From the human T2T-CHM13v2.0 reference genome, Homo sapiens, in NCBI RefSeq assembly GCF_009914755.1, contig NC_060925.1: a stretch of DNA of 64,000 bases; one strand, given 5' to 3'. Both the position numbers and the translations under genes were made by a program. Below are positions 29,113 to 43,000 of the stretch, in pieces. The notes beneath the pieces were generated by a model. The model had not been told where the DNA came from and did no database searches. It was given only the letters and a program-made list of their open reading frames with translations. The stretch's first letter is position 1. Each line of letters starts with the position of its first letter.

Positions 29113-30199
29113 ACATCTATTCTTCTGTGGTCAGAAGCGCTCTATGACCTATGGGTGTCACACCCAATAAATATGCATGAATTAATGGCCTGACAGTAAT
29201 AAAATAAGTAGAATAGAGTCCTTGATCTCACTAGATTTATGATGAAGTTAAGGAAAGAACATATAACACTGAGAATTCATAAACAACCCCAGAACAGTAT
29301 TAAAGACAACTACGTGTTAAACTATGATAGTTCAGCAGAGGAGAAGACCAGTGTGCAACAGAAGAGTCAGAGGGAGCTACACTGAGAGATGGCTTTGTCC
29401 AAAATGCAAATCTCATAACACAGAAGGCAGCCAAACTCCTGCGTACCTCCTTCCTCCTCAGACAGACTTTAAATACTTTAAAGGCTGGAGTTTCCCAGGG
29501 TTTGATTCTCATTTCTCTTTTCATCTCCATCTCCACTGTCTCCTCAGGTGATGTTATCCAGCTCCATGGAGCTCATAGAATGAATGATTCTCAGTTAATG
29601 TCATGGATACTAATCTCCCATTTGAGCACCTGATATAAAGATCCAACCACTTACTTGACAACTCAACTTCCATATGTAATAGGTAATTCAAACGTATAAC
29701 ATGTCCAAAATAGAACTTTTATACCCTACTTCCTGACCTGCTACTTCCTCAATCAACCACACATCTATTAAGAGTGCCAATATTCACTCAGGTGCTTGGA
29801 CCAAATCCCAAGAATCAACCTTGACTCTTCTATTTTCTTTCTTGCCCATATCTGATTTGTCAGCAAATCCAATCATGTCTTATCCTTTCCACTGTTTCCA
29901 CCTTTGTATAAGCCAACATCCTCTTTCTCCTGACCAACAAGTAGAGTTATCTTCCTAAAACTTATATCACTACTCTACTTAAAACACTCCAGTGGTCTTC
30001 CAGTGGTTTTTCAATGCTAATGGAATAAAATCCAAACTTTCTAACTATGGTCTGAAAGACCCCAGTCTAGTAAATCAAGAACTATTAATCATGCAGTTTG
30101 GTAAATCATGACAACATTAAAAAAATAGAGTGGAATAAAAATGCCACAGTGCACCATATGTAGTAAGGGAAAGTATTTTGTGATGCTTTTTAATTTTAA

Positions 30200-31060
30200 A
30201 TATTAAGGTATAAAAGATAGGAAAAACCAACACCACTCAACACAGGACTACTGACACCAGATTCTCCAGCAGACATCAGTTGGATGTCCTTTCAATTCGG
30301 ACACTATCTACCCGGTGGTAGCCTCAGATCCCACAGGTTAACGGCTCAGCCCACAAGACTGCCTCCCAATTCTGATGGTAATCACAAGCATCAGGTTGTG
30401 ACTTGGGCTTCTGACTAATGGGCTATAAATTGGAGTTCCTACAACATTCTTCTTAGGTTTGATTAACTTGCTAGCACAGCTCACAGAATTCAGGGAAACA
30501 CTTTCACTTATGGTCATTCATTATTATAAAGGATATTACAAAGGATACAGATGAACAGCCTGAGGTAAGAGATGCATAGGGTGACACAGAATTCAGGGAA
30601 ACACTTTCACTTATGGTCATTTATTATAAAGGATATTACAAAGGATACAGATGAACAGCCTGAGGTAAGAGATGCATAGGGTGAGACAGGCAGGAAGGGG
30701 CATGGAGCTTCCGTGGCCTCCCCAAGCATGCCACCATCCAGAAACCTCTGCATATTCAGCTATCCAGGAGCTACCCAATCATTTTGGATTTTTATGGAGG
30801 CATCATTACATGGGCTTGATTGATTACATCCCCCATAAGTGGGGAGTGGAGATGAAAGTTCTAACTCTTTAATTACTTCTTCAGTTTCCCTGGAAACCAG
30901 CCCCCATCCTGAGGCTACCCAGGAGCCCCCAGCCACCAGTCATTTCCTTTGCATACAAAAAGACACTTGTCACTTTGGAGATTCCAAGAGTTTTAGGAGC
31001 TATGTGCTAGAAAACAAGAGGAATGCCAAATGTATTTATCTTATTATAAATCACCATATT
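30200..31060 (-). mobile_element. MER21-like LTR
   Basis: 'gacactatctacccgg...cagatcccacaggttaacggctcagcccacaagactgcc' and terminal 'cttattataaatcaccatat'. Confidence 0.8.
30482..30684. repeat. Tandem duplication, 103 bp + 100 bp
   Basis: Two copies identical except for a 3-bp indel. Confidence 0.97.
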
Positions 31061-32299
31061 AAGTTAGGCTATGTGTGTATTTGTTTGCAACACAAAACAT
31101 TTTTCTTAATATGAGTTACATTCAAAAAATGTTTGCAAGCCCCTGACCTGTATGATCTGGCCCATGACTACCTCTCTGATCTTTTCTAAAACCACACTAT
31201 ACCTTGTTCACTGTGCTACAACCTCACTAACATTCACTCTAGCCCTCAGGCAGGCAAGCTCACCCCTGCCTCAGGACCTTTGCATACATTATTCTCTCTA
31301 CTTGGAATAATTTATCCTTAGACATTTTGTATGTATGCTTCTTTCTTACCATTCATATCTCAATTCAAGTATTACCTCCTGCTAGGCATCTTATCTCTAA
31401 AGTAACACCTTCCGTACTGTTCATCTCACCACAGCTATCTTATCACCCTGTTTCAGCTTCTTCTTAGCACTGTACCCATCTCATCTCATTCATTTACGTT
31501 TTTGTGTGTGCCTTTATTTTCTACGTATTTCTCTTAGAATGTAAACCTCCACGAGTTCAGGGACCACATTTCTCTGGTTTACTACTCTATCTTTAGTGCA
31601 AAGAATAATGTTTATCACACAACAGGTGCTCAGTAAGTATTTGTTGAATGAATAAAGAAAACTGAAGACATAATTCCCCTCTGTTAAGGTATAATGGGAA
31701 ACCTTTGGTCTCTCCTGGGCTTCTCAGGGCCCCGTGTAGAAAAGTCAAGGCTGTAGAATTAGTATTCAAAACTCCTCCCTTTGGCTTTGTGTTCAGTCCA
31801 AGAGACCATTCATTTCAGCACATTAAACTGTTAATTATGGAGTCTGGCTTCTCCTTTCTTTATGTGGAAAGAATAAATAGTTATTACTAAATAGTCATTT
31901 AATAGGCAGTGGTTTCTTTCAGGGCAACCATTATTAAAATTGCACAAACATGTACATAAATAAAGCCATTTACTTAAAATTAGGACAGACTGACTTAATG
32001 GATTCCACTTTTCTTACTGTCCTGGGTACTACCTGCTTGGAATACACAGTCCTTTTTTGTCCTTCCTCTCACTTTATTTCCTAGCTCTTGCCAATATGTA
32101 CACCGTTGATATATGACTATTTATTCATGGTAATTTATTTCCAAGACTTTTTTTTTTCTGGGGTTACTGATTTAGTTAATAGTATTTAAAACACAAAGTA
32201 ATTTTTTTTGGTTGGGGAGAGATAGCCAAATTGATAATTTTATATTATGTATGTCGTATGAGTATGGCTTTCCCTGAATTTTCACTGCAGATAGACAGA

Positions 32300-32690
32300 C
32301 AGAACATTGGTAAGAAATAGGAACACCAGACTAGAAGTCAGTTATTTAACGTTCCAGTCCCACCTCTCACCTTAACCAGCTGAAATATTTGGATAAGTCA
32401 TTTAAATTCCCTGAGCCTTGGGTTTCTCATTTGTACAATAAGAGGGCCAGTTTAGGCTTTAAAAATTCCTGTTATGTATTCAGACTTATTACATTCAAAG
32501 AACTATTATAAATTATCAGTTAATCTTTGCAAAAAACTTACAAAGTCGGTACTATTATTTCTCCTATTTTACATATGAGGAGAATGAGGCAGAGAGAATA
32601 AATAATACACATTTTAAGTGGTGGAGATGGTTTGAATCTAGGTAGTCTAAAGCCAGAATTCAAACTCTTATTCTTCTGTCTTACTGTAGG
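32300..32690. mobile_element. Two adjacent MIR fragments in opposite orientation
   Basis: Sense core 'ctgagccttgggtttctcatttgtacaat'; antisense core 'attttacatatgaggagaatgaggcagagag'. Confidence 0.7.
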
Positions 32691-32726
32691 ATCTCTGTTC
32701 CTATTTATCTCTGAGAGTTAAATTTA

Positions 32727-32982
<256 letters not shown>

Positions 32983-33022
32983 AGAGTTAAATTTATAGGT
33001 TGTGAATCCTTGGATCTCATGT

Positions 33023-33684
33023 TGTTATAGTAGGTAGATAGTCAGGCATGAGTAGGGGAGGTGAGGCTTCCCCTCATCCCACTAGGAATGTCAGGCAACC
33101 ATCAGGTGATGGTCATGCAGTTGTCACGCTGCCTCTCTAAAATAATAATTGGTCGCAGCCAGCACCAGGAAAGGCAGGTTCCATATAGATAGAAAAAGCA
33201 CCTGAAACTGGTTATCATCAGTCTCCTGATGAGATCTCAGGATTTGGGCAAATGGGCTCAAACATGTGCATTAAGAGGCAAAATGGCAGAGTTTCACTGG
33301 TATGTCCATCTGGGGGCGTTCCACCAGTAAAGGGAAGAATGAGTCAGGTGAGCATAAGTACAACTCTAGTAAACACACTGCCCATGCTCACCTCCCAAGT
33401 GCTAGCAGGCCATTGTGTATGTGCGCAGCTCACCCCAAGGGAAGAAGCAAGGGAAAAGGGATGTAAGACACCAGAAACATGCCAGCATAGAAAACCCTAA
33501 GTCCAAGGTCAAATAGGGCACTTGTCCTCTGAGATGCCCTCTTGGCCCTCTTCCAAGGGTACTTTGCTTTCTTTGAATTCATTTGCTTTATTTGAATTCT
33601 TTCTTCTGAAGAGGGAAGAATCGAGGTTGCTGAAAACCCGTAAGGATTCACAGCCGGTAACTTGGGTACCCGCCACAGCTAACA
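33023..33684 (+). mobile_element. MER50-like ERV1 LTR
   Basis: Starts tgttatagtaggtag; 'aggaatgtcaggcaaccatcaggtgatggtc'; ends gctaaca. Confidence 0.85.
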
Positions 33685-33999
33685 TATTTTGTTGCCATGT
33701 GACTCCAATAACTTCAACCTATAGCAATGTTAGCTTGTCTGTATCTTATTTCACCAGCAGGCTGGAAACTACTTAAGTGTAAAGACGATGTTCATCTTTG
33801 AATAACCTGAGACAATTAGCTCCAGGCCTTGCATGCAGTAGGCATTCAATATTTACTTTTAAAATGATGAGGAGTTGGGATGGATTCATGCAACAATTTT
33901 GACATTAACCAGGTGAAATCTAAGGTCCTTTCCGAGAGTGTGTGATTCAGGCATTGACTGAATACTCTTCTTGAAGGAGTTGGCTGTGTCTGCACAGAT

Positions 34000-35240
34000 T
34001 CACCTCTGATTTGCTCCTCAACTTAATGCAATCTGGTTTTCAGCCCCACTGATGCCACTGAATCTCTGCTTGCCAAAGTCAACAACACACTTCGAAAGGC
34101 ATTTCTTGTCCTAACCTATTGCATCTCCTGAGAACATCTAATATTGTTAACTATCCCCTCTTCCTTAAAGCGCTCATTTCCCTTGAACTGGATAACACAG
34201 TGCTGCTGACTTCTCTCCATCCACCTCTCAGGGTGCTATGCTTTGTCTTCATTTTAGGATCTGCTTTCCTTACCTAGATCTACAATGTTGGGATCTCCCA
34301 AGGGTCTGTCACTGGTCCTTCTCTTCTCGCTTTCCACACTATACTCCTTGGGCTTTCCCACACATATGCTAAGGATTTTTGAATCTATAGCTCCAGCCCA
34401 GATCTTTCTGTTGAGCTTCAGACTTGGTATAGTGGTAAAAAGTGATAACTTACTTTAAAATACTTCCATATGAACAGTATATATATGTAGAGTATATTAG
34501 TCAGCATTTGAAATATCTAAATCTGGAATCCACACTCTAGGAATGGATAGGAATTTGCAGTACCTAATCAGGGATCCATATTCAGAGATGGCTTCAAAAC
34601 TGCTTCATACTGTGTTAATAGTCTCTCCCAGAAGGCCAAATTAGACAGCAATTTTAGACATAATTTTTCGTTTGTGGATGAGTGATACATGAACTATATG
34701 TTTGGCTATAGGAAGGGGGTGTAAAGAACCAGGAAGCCCAGCAGCCTATGCCTTTGAAGCACCACTCAGCGCCTGGCTTCCTGATTCTGTGTCTCTCTCT
34801 TCACAAAGAACTCTGCTACCTGTGGTTGATTGGTCCCACCACACGCAAAGCTCAAGGCTCACTGTATCTTGAACATCTATTGGATAGCACCTTACACATC
34901 AAGTTCAACAGGTCCAAAATGGAACTGATCCTCTTTGCACAAAATTGATCCTCCTTCTATGTTCTTTTATACAGTAAATGGATCTACACTCACTCAATGG
35001 GCCAAGCCAGAAATCTGGACATTAGTCTTAACTTCTCCCATTCTCATCATATCCACAGTCAGTCAATTACCAAATTCCATCAACATCATCACCTAAGTCA
35101 TTCTCAAATTCACCCATTTCTCTCCCACTCCACAGGCACCTCCCAAACCTAGGGCACCAGTTCCTCTCTCCTGTCCCCAGCTGGACCCCTTCTACTCTAT
35201 TCTTTATACATCAGCCAGAGTGACTCAGGAAATGGAAATC
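34000..35240 (+). mobile_element. L2 fragments (about 34000-34420 and 34860-35240)
   Basis: 'tctatagctccagcccagatctttctgttgagcttcagac' and 'caacaggtccaaaatggaactgatc...ccaagccagaaatctgg'. Confidence 0.7.
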
Positions 35241-35730
35241 TGTAGTTTAATTAATATATTGTAGTTACTTATAGGAAAAAAAAGGCTGATAGAGAAAATA
35301 TCTAACAACTATTAAATAGTATAGGTAGCAACAAGTCAAAAGAAATGCCAAACCACTTACAGTGAAAAATAGTTAGAAAACAACACGTTAAACAAGCCAG
35401 GTTATTGCTGCAATTATCCTAACTTTGTTATGTTGTAGATTGGGCATATCACTGTTAACCTTTGTTTCCTCTATGCCAAGTAATGCTTGACAGACAGCAG
35501 GCTCTTACTGAAAAAAATGAAAGAACATGAATGGGAAAACATTCAATCAATCAACCTTTTTTTTCTCCCCCCAACTTCCACTCCCAGTTTTCCTCTTAAG
35601 GAAGGAGTATGCCTCAAACCAAGAAACTGAGAAGTTTCCCTAAATCCTATTGATTGGTACCCTGGACTTGGAAGCAACTGACTTCTTGATTTTCTACCAG
35701 GGTTTAGTTAACTCCACATAGTATACTCTA

Positions 35731-36264
35731 TGAGACGTATCATTGCTATAAGGTTAATGATAGTTATAGGGCCCAGTCAAACATCTCACAGGGCCTATAT
35801 TCTGTGTCACTTATCAGTATGATGCATCTTGGCCCAGGGATTTGCAACCTTGGCCTGGGAATTTCCAGGAGACAAGACTACCTCAGCACAGATGCAGTTC
35901 TCATAAACCTTAAAACAAAGCTTAGCGTTACAAGAATAGCTTAAACTCCCTTTGTGAAAGAAACACCTTGTAACTGACCCAGAAGGAATACAGGTATAAG
36001 GAAAGGGGAAGAATCCCCAAAACTCTAAGAATGGTCTCTGGATGGAAACTCTCCTGGTCAATGGGTCACCTGCCCCTCAGGCTGTGCCAGGCCCATGCCA
36101 CCACCTGCTCCCGCTACCTGTCTTTTAAGGGTTCTGCCAGAATAAACTGCGTGAGCATCAGATGCTGCCTAAGACTCAGCTTTGATGGGAATCAAACCAA
36201 TGGAAAGAAGTTTCCCCTAGAAAAGCTGGTTACCTAGAGTCACCCAAGACCCCCAAGACTGACA
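35731..36264 (+). mobile_element. ERV solo LTR, subfamily unassigned
   Basis: TG...CA termini, TATA-like tataag at 35995, AATAAA at 36141, LTR-like size and layout. Confidence 0.7.
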
Positions 36265-38966
36265 GTCCAGCTCAACAAATGTTCATTGACAATCTTTAGC
36301 AATTATAATGATGAATGAGTCATACCCTCTTTCTCTTGTAAAGGTCACTGTATTTTGGTGGAAATAAACATGCGTTTGAGTCATTTAAGTAAATAAATGT
36401 TGAAGCTGTGTTATCCAACAGGCAGAGTAAACTCATATTTAGGATATCAGCATAGCAGGACACTGAGGACATCAAGAAAAATTTAGAAGAGTTCGACAGA
36501 ATTGATATAAAAAACCAAAGCAATCACCAATGGACAAGTTCAGAGCTTTACGATCTCCTTACCCTTATGTTATAATTTAATATGATTTTTATTATGTGGG
36601 GTTACACAATAGTTTGGTCTCCCCAATAAAAGGGACCTCTTAAATCTTAATCTATTCCTAATAAGTGCTAAAATAGATACATAAATAGGGTGCTTGGGAG
36701 CACGCAGGAGGACAATTAAATAGGCTAAGGCAGGGGAGAGTAGGGAACAGGCGAGGAGAAGGCAGCGTCAAAAGGAGGGATGCCTGAGCTAAGTCTAAAG
36801 GGGCAAATTAACCAGGTGAAGGTTTGGGAAGCTAGGAGAGGTATACTGTTCCTCTGGTGGGACCCACTCACCCCTCTGAGCTAGACCTCCCAATACTTCC
36901 TGCTAGCCTAGACCATCATCTGTTAGCTCCCTATTATCTATTACATCTGCCCCATTGAAACTTGACTCTGTGAAATTCTGAGTCTGTACCTCCCAAGAGG
37001 TCTACCTAGCTGCAAGCTCCATGCTTGGTCGTATCTCAACACTCAAGAATCACAACATATTTATTCCATTCCAATAAGGCTAATTTGCTCATGGTTTCTA
37101 TTTTTGTTTTTCCTTCAGTGATCACCTACACTTCTGTTAGTCATTAAACAAATGGCAGCTGGCATCATCGCCAACTTTCAAAACCTTATTCAAAAGTGAT
37201 CTTCTATAGGAAATCTTTCGAGTGGTTAGATACCCACATGGAAAGGGCTTCCTTCTCATGAAAAGCAACCAATGCACTTTGTTTAGCATTGTGTATTCAT
37301 AAATATTTATCCATTAAAAACAGGCATCTGTATGGCAAGTCCCACAAGGATGATTTAACCAAGACTGCAAACTCCTCAGCTGACCACATCCCATCTCTCT
37401 TTGCTTCACATCATCCTGCTAGCCCCTCAAATGCTTGGCCGGCCAACAACCATACTGTACAGTCAAAAAGATTCATCAAGTCCTCACTTAGTTTTTATTC
37501 AACCTTATTCCATCACAATTTCTCACCAACATCAGATTACCGGTGAAAATTTGATCAGAGAGACTGAGGTAAGAGAGACTCAAATTATTTAAATCTCTCA
37601 ATGGAAGTTAATAGTTTTGAAGAATTAGAGCATTTCATATGGGAGCAATGTCAAAATAGGTGACCTAGAACTGAAGTAGTTTTCCCCAGACTCTGCAGTT
37701 ACTGAATTGACTCCCCAGGCTGCTCATATTTTCCGGCTATTTCTGAAAAGAAAAATATACAAATGCAATACCCCTTTTTTTCCCCAAAGGTCTTTGCTTC
37801 CCTATAAATACTAAAGTGTGCTCCTTAACCCACTTATCCTGTGAGATGCCTAAAAATGGCCTCTTGGATGAAATAACTTCAGGAAACACCGTAGAGTATA
37901 GCCCTGGTTTGAAAATTCACTATGAACACTAACGTGTTAAAGACCCTATTACTTCTGTAAATAGCCTAGTTTTACTTCGTTAACTCTTCCTTTCACAAGT
38001 GTATTTGGGCACAGATCAAGTTTCCCCTTCCCGCAATATTATCAACACCACTCCATACAAAGGAGAGTTGGAAACAGCCATGTTACTCCTCCACTGAATT
38101 CACACACACACGGATATAAGTCTTGTGTAGTCTGAGGTGTTCATTTCAACCCTGGATAGTAATTCAAAGTAGCAAACAGCTTTTTGATGTTTGCTTTGTT
38201 TGGTTGCAGAAAATAAGCTCAGGGTAGACAGTTCTTCAATGACAGTTCTTTACTTGCATAAAGCTAGTATGGATTATCCCAACTTTTATAATGACAGTAG
38301 TTACCACTGGGATGCAAAAGAAGCAAAAAGAAAAATAGGAGTTCTAAGGGGCAGGAGTATTAGCATTGCACTATAATGCTGCAGTCTAAGCAGGCATTCC
38401 ATTACTGGGTCGATGGTGAATACGAAGTGGAGGTTCAATCACTACACACACTTACTCAATAGTCTCCTCTAAAAAAGGCAGTAAATGTCTTGTTTTTGGC
38501 TCAGATGAAGGCCTATCAACCGTCAGAAGTGCAGGCTTCCACACAGAGATTCAGAGCAGCACTACAGCCGCTCAGCATGTGAATCCCAAGAGGCAGGTGA
38601 TTTAGTCAATAGGCCCCAGAGCAGCTATTTTAAACACAGGGCCTGTTCTCTTTAAAGGTACAGGATTTATTTATTTGTGGGCCATTTAAAATTTCCTGCT
38701 TTCACCGGCTTTTGATCTGGACTCAGGTATTATATCTTGTCCTATTTTCCAACATGTAACAATTCCTTACAATTATAATATTCACCCATCCATCCATTTG
38801 GCTAACATTATTGACAACCTATTATGTACCAAGCACTGCTCTGTTTTTTTTTTATTGCATGTAAAAATGATGGTGATATTATAATGAATGAAATAAGCAT
38901 TTGTTTTTGCAATCCAAGTAAAATTTACCTGTATTGAAGAATGTAGAGGATCTTGTCAGGAAACTA

Positions 38967-39344
<378 letters not shown>

Positions 39345-39398
39345 TCACAAGACACCGATATTGAAATCCCTGGAAGTACCTATTTAAAATGCAGATTC

Positions 39399-39697
39399 TG
39401 CTGGGTGTGGCAGCTCCCATCGATAATCCCAGCACTTTGGGAGGCCGAGGTGGGAGGATTGCTTGAGCCCAGGAATTGGAGAACAGCCTGGGCAAGATAG
39501 AGAGACCCAGTCTCTACCAAAAAAAAAAAAAAAAAAATCAGCCAGGCATGCTCACACCTGCAGTCCCAGCTACACAGGAGGTTGAAGTGGGAGGATCTGC
39601 TTGAGCCAGGGAGGTCAAGGCTGTAGTGGTTGCACCACTGCATTCATACCTGGCAACAGAGCAAGACCCTGACTCAAAAACAACAACAACAAAAAAT
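39399..39697 (+). mobile_element. AluJ
   Basis: 'gaggattgcttgagcccagga', 'ggtcaaggctgtagtg'; (CAA)n tail. Confidence 0.92.
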
Positions 39698-39708
39698 ACC
39701 AAACATTT

Positions 39709-39850
39709 GGCCAGGTGAGGTGGCTCACGCCTGTAATCCCAGCACTTTGGGAGGCCAAGGCAGTAGGATGGCTTGAACCCAGAAGTTCCAGACCAGTCGG
39801 GCAACATAAGACCTCATTTAAAAAAAAAAGAGACAAAGAAAGAAAAAAAA
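39709..39850 (+). mobile_element. Alu left monomer (FLAM or truncated AluJ)
   Basis: Single arm followed by A-rich tail; MER5-like sequence on both sides of the Alu pair. Confidence 0.85.
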
Positions 39851-40129
39851 GTCAGAATCCAGGAATCTGGATTTTTAGCAGTACTCTGGATGTTCTTTGT
39901 GCATCCGTAGTGCCATATCCATCCCTGTCATGAAGGAGGAGAAAAGAGGCACACATTCTCTCCAATAGAAACACCTCCACATTCATGTCTTTTATTTATT
40001 GGGTTTCCTGTATGACGTCTTCAAAAAAAAAGGATGCAAGAAAAATATCACTTCTTTTAAGTGTAGCACATTAGAAAGTCACACCTATGAGACTCTTTAG
40101 CTGCCTCATCATTGTATTTTAAATGTGGC

Positions 40130-40470
40130 CTCACAGAGAAACCATGGATTTTAGAATCGGGAAGATACACCTCCACCACTTATTAGTTATGTAAATTTAA
40201 CAAGCTAATTTGTCTGTGTGAGTCTTGATTTTCTCAGCTATAAAATGGGGACAATAGCAAAAAATAATGATAAGATAATCAGATTAAAAGATATATCATA
40301 GAGATATATATATATTATCTTTTAATATATATTAAAAGATATATTAAAAGATATATCTGTAATAGAGATATTACAGATATATTATAGATATAGATATAAT
40401 AGATATATGACAGATATATTATAGACAAACACCTGGCAAATGAGTGGGCTTACACTGGGTACTCCCCAAA
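40130..40470 (+). mobile_element. MIR with AT-rich (TA/GATA) low-complexity insert at about 40280-40425
   Basis: 'ttttctcagctataaaatggggacaata' core; 'acacctggcaaa' resumes after the AT tract. Confidence 0.7.
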
Positions 40471-40889
40471 ATTTACCCCCACCCCTTCCAAATTCTGCCA
40501 AATTTTATAGAGTAGCTATATAAAAATTATTTTTATGTGTTTTCTTAAATGCTCTTCTTAAGACATTGGCCCTTATGTTGTAGGAAACACCTCGATGCCA
40601 GGTTGAAGTTCAATACTTACGTTAACACATTATCTTTCTATTTTATATCAATGGGAGTTATTTAAACCACCATATTTCTTTTCAGCTTAAATTATCAGAA
40701 AATTTAGATGTGAAATTAATGCTCAAAATAAAAAAGTGTTTCTCCTCTCTATATTACTTATGGTTATTCTTAAAAACAAATCACCCATTTACTTATTCAA
40801 CAAATCATTTTGGCCATCCAATAAATTTATTGAGAGGGTATATCCTCAAGAGGAAGAGCTAAGTCTTATGCCTGCATGTAATACACTTT

Positions 40890-41060
40890 ATTTATTAACT
40901 GAGTGATGATGGACAAGCTATTTCTTAGCCTCAAACTCCTCAAATGTTAAATTAGGCTAATAATAGTATCTCACAAGATTGTTGCGGGGATTACATAAAT
41001 CATGTACTTAGAACAATACCTGGCATTTGGCATGCACTATAGCAATGTTATTTAGTATTA
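40890..41060 (+). mobile_element. MIR
   Basis: 'taatagtatctcacaagattgttgcggggatta...cttagaacaatacctggca'. Confidence 0.8.
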
Positions 41061-42365
41061 TTTACCAAAGAATAGTTACTGAAGATACACAGTAAAAAAG
41101 CATCTTAAAAAGGTAAAAAGAGTATATAAACTTACCTAAGTGGAAGTTAAGTGTAGCATAAAGTATATCTTATAAATGAATAATGGAGTAAATGAAATTC
41201 TTATTCATCTCATCTAATGCAAGAAAACTCAACTACCAACATTATGGAATTTTGATTTGATATCACTCCTAACTCTATTTTCACTCTCCCTGAAGGTGTT
41301 CCTCATTTTCCCTCCTTGAGTCTGTCTATATGCAAGAATGGATGAGCAATCAGAAATGTGTGCTCACTGATATGTGGATATAGACCTCTGAAGCATCTAC
41401 CCCATTCTAAGATGGTCCCTGCTCAAAGGGATCATGCTGAAGAAAGGTGACCCTTCCAGCTCAGGTTTGCTCTGATCTCCGTAGCATAAGCAACACAAAT
41501 AAAGAAACTATAGTCATAGGACTTTCGTTAAATGCTTAGTTGAAGATCTCAATTTCTGTTTGCTTCTCCTTAGCCATATTCCAAGTTCATTACCATTAAA
41601 AATAAAACAACATGTAATCTTAATATATACAATTAGCAACACTGTGTGCTCAACGTGTCTTTCTTAAGTTCTTGCAGACTTCTTTCTTTTCTCCTAAGAA
41701 ACCCCATCTCTTTAGATGAGCCCAACTATTCACACTCTTTCCTCTCGCTCCTCAAATTATAATCACCGTCACATCAAAGACCCACTAAAAGGCACTCACT
41801 GAAGCTTTTAAATTAAGGTACTTGAATGACTTAGAAATAGGAATCACAAAACAAATCTATTTACATGCATTTGTGCAGAACATTCCTAAATGTTCAGGTG
41901 ACACTGACCTACTAGGCCCTTTAGCTCGCTATGTGAGGAAATAAGATAGAATCTTCAAAGAAGTTTGGTTGTCAAGAAGCCTCTGGGACCAGTGAAACAA
42001 ATAATTAACTTATAGTGGAAAGAGAGGACAAGAAATGTTTCCCTCTGGGCCTGAAATACAGTGTGCTCTACTTTGCATAAGTTAACATCGGGAGGTTTGA
42101 ATTTTCCAAAGGGCTTAGTGGCTAATTAGCTGTGTGAAGTTGCCCATAGTGTGTCCTTAAGACTAAACATTCCCATTTCTCATAAAAAGCTGTAATAGTT
42201 ACATGAAGCAAAAGAATTATCTCTACTATGTGTTTGGGGTTTGTCTTTCTTGTGGCCTCCTTTTTACTTCTATTACAACACTTACGACACAGTACTATGA
42301 AGATCAACTCTCTCTTCCCCACTACAATGGAAGCTTTCGAAGTATAAGGATTGTGTCTGACTTAA

Positions 42366-42476
42366 CTCTGTATTCCATGCTCCTAGCTTGACATTTAGTA
42401 GGCTCTGTATTCCATGCTCCTAGCCTGACATTTAGTAGGCTCTGTATTCCATGATCCTAGCTTGACATGTAGTAGG
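42366..42476. repeat. 37-bp minisatellite x3
   Basis: Unit ctctgtattccatgctcctagcttgacatttagtagg, 1-2 substitutions per copy. Confidence 0.97.
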
Positions 42477-42609
42477 CATTCAATCAATAATCAGTGTTTT
42501 TCAGATAAGTGGGCTAGTATGAAGACCACCGAGAGCTATCCTTCCAGGGCTTTAAACACCTCTATACTCAGCTAGTAGAACATTCAAGTAAAATACAGAA
42601 ACCTACTGA

Positions 42610-43000
<391 letters not shown>

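Larger units (their letters stand above)
30065..31145. mobile_element. hAT-type MITE (subfamily unassigned), split by MER21 LTR
   Basis: 'cacagtgcaccatatgtagtaagggaaagtattttg' left piece; 'atttttcttaatatgagttacattcaaaaaatgtttgcaagcccctg' right piece. Confidence 0.5.
29480..31660 (+). mobile_element. L2, split by a hAT MITE and an LTR
   Basis: L2 motifs 29480-30060; resumes at about 31145 'tgatctggccc' and ends in 'gtaagtatttgttgaatgaataa'. Confidence 0.8.

Noticed and set aside
42366-42476. 37-bp repeats of CRISPR-repeat size
   Set aside because: No spacers, head-to-tail copies, mammalian context; it is a minisatellite
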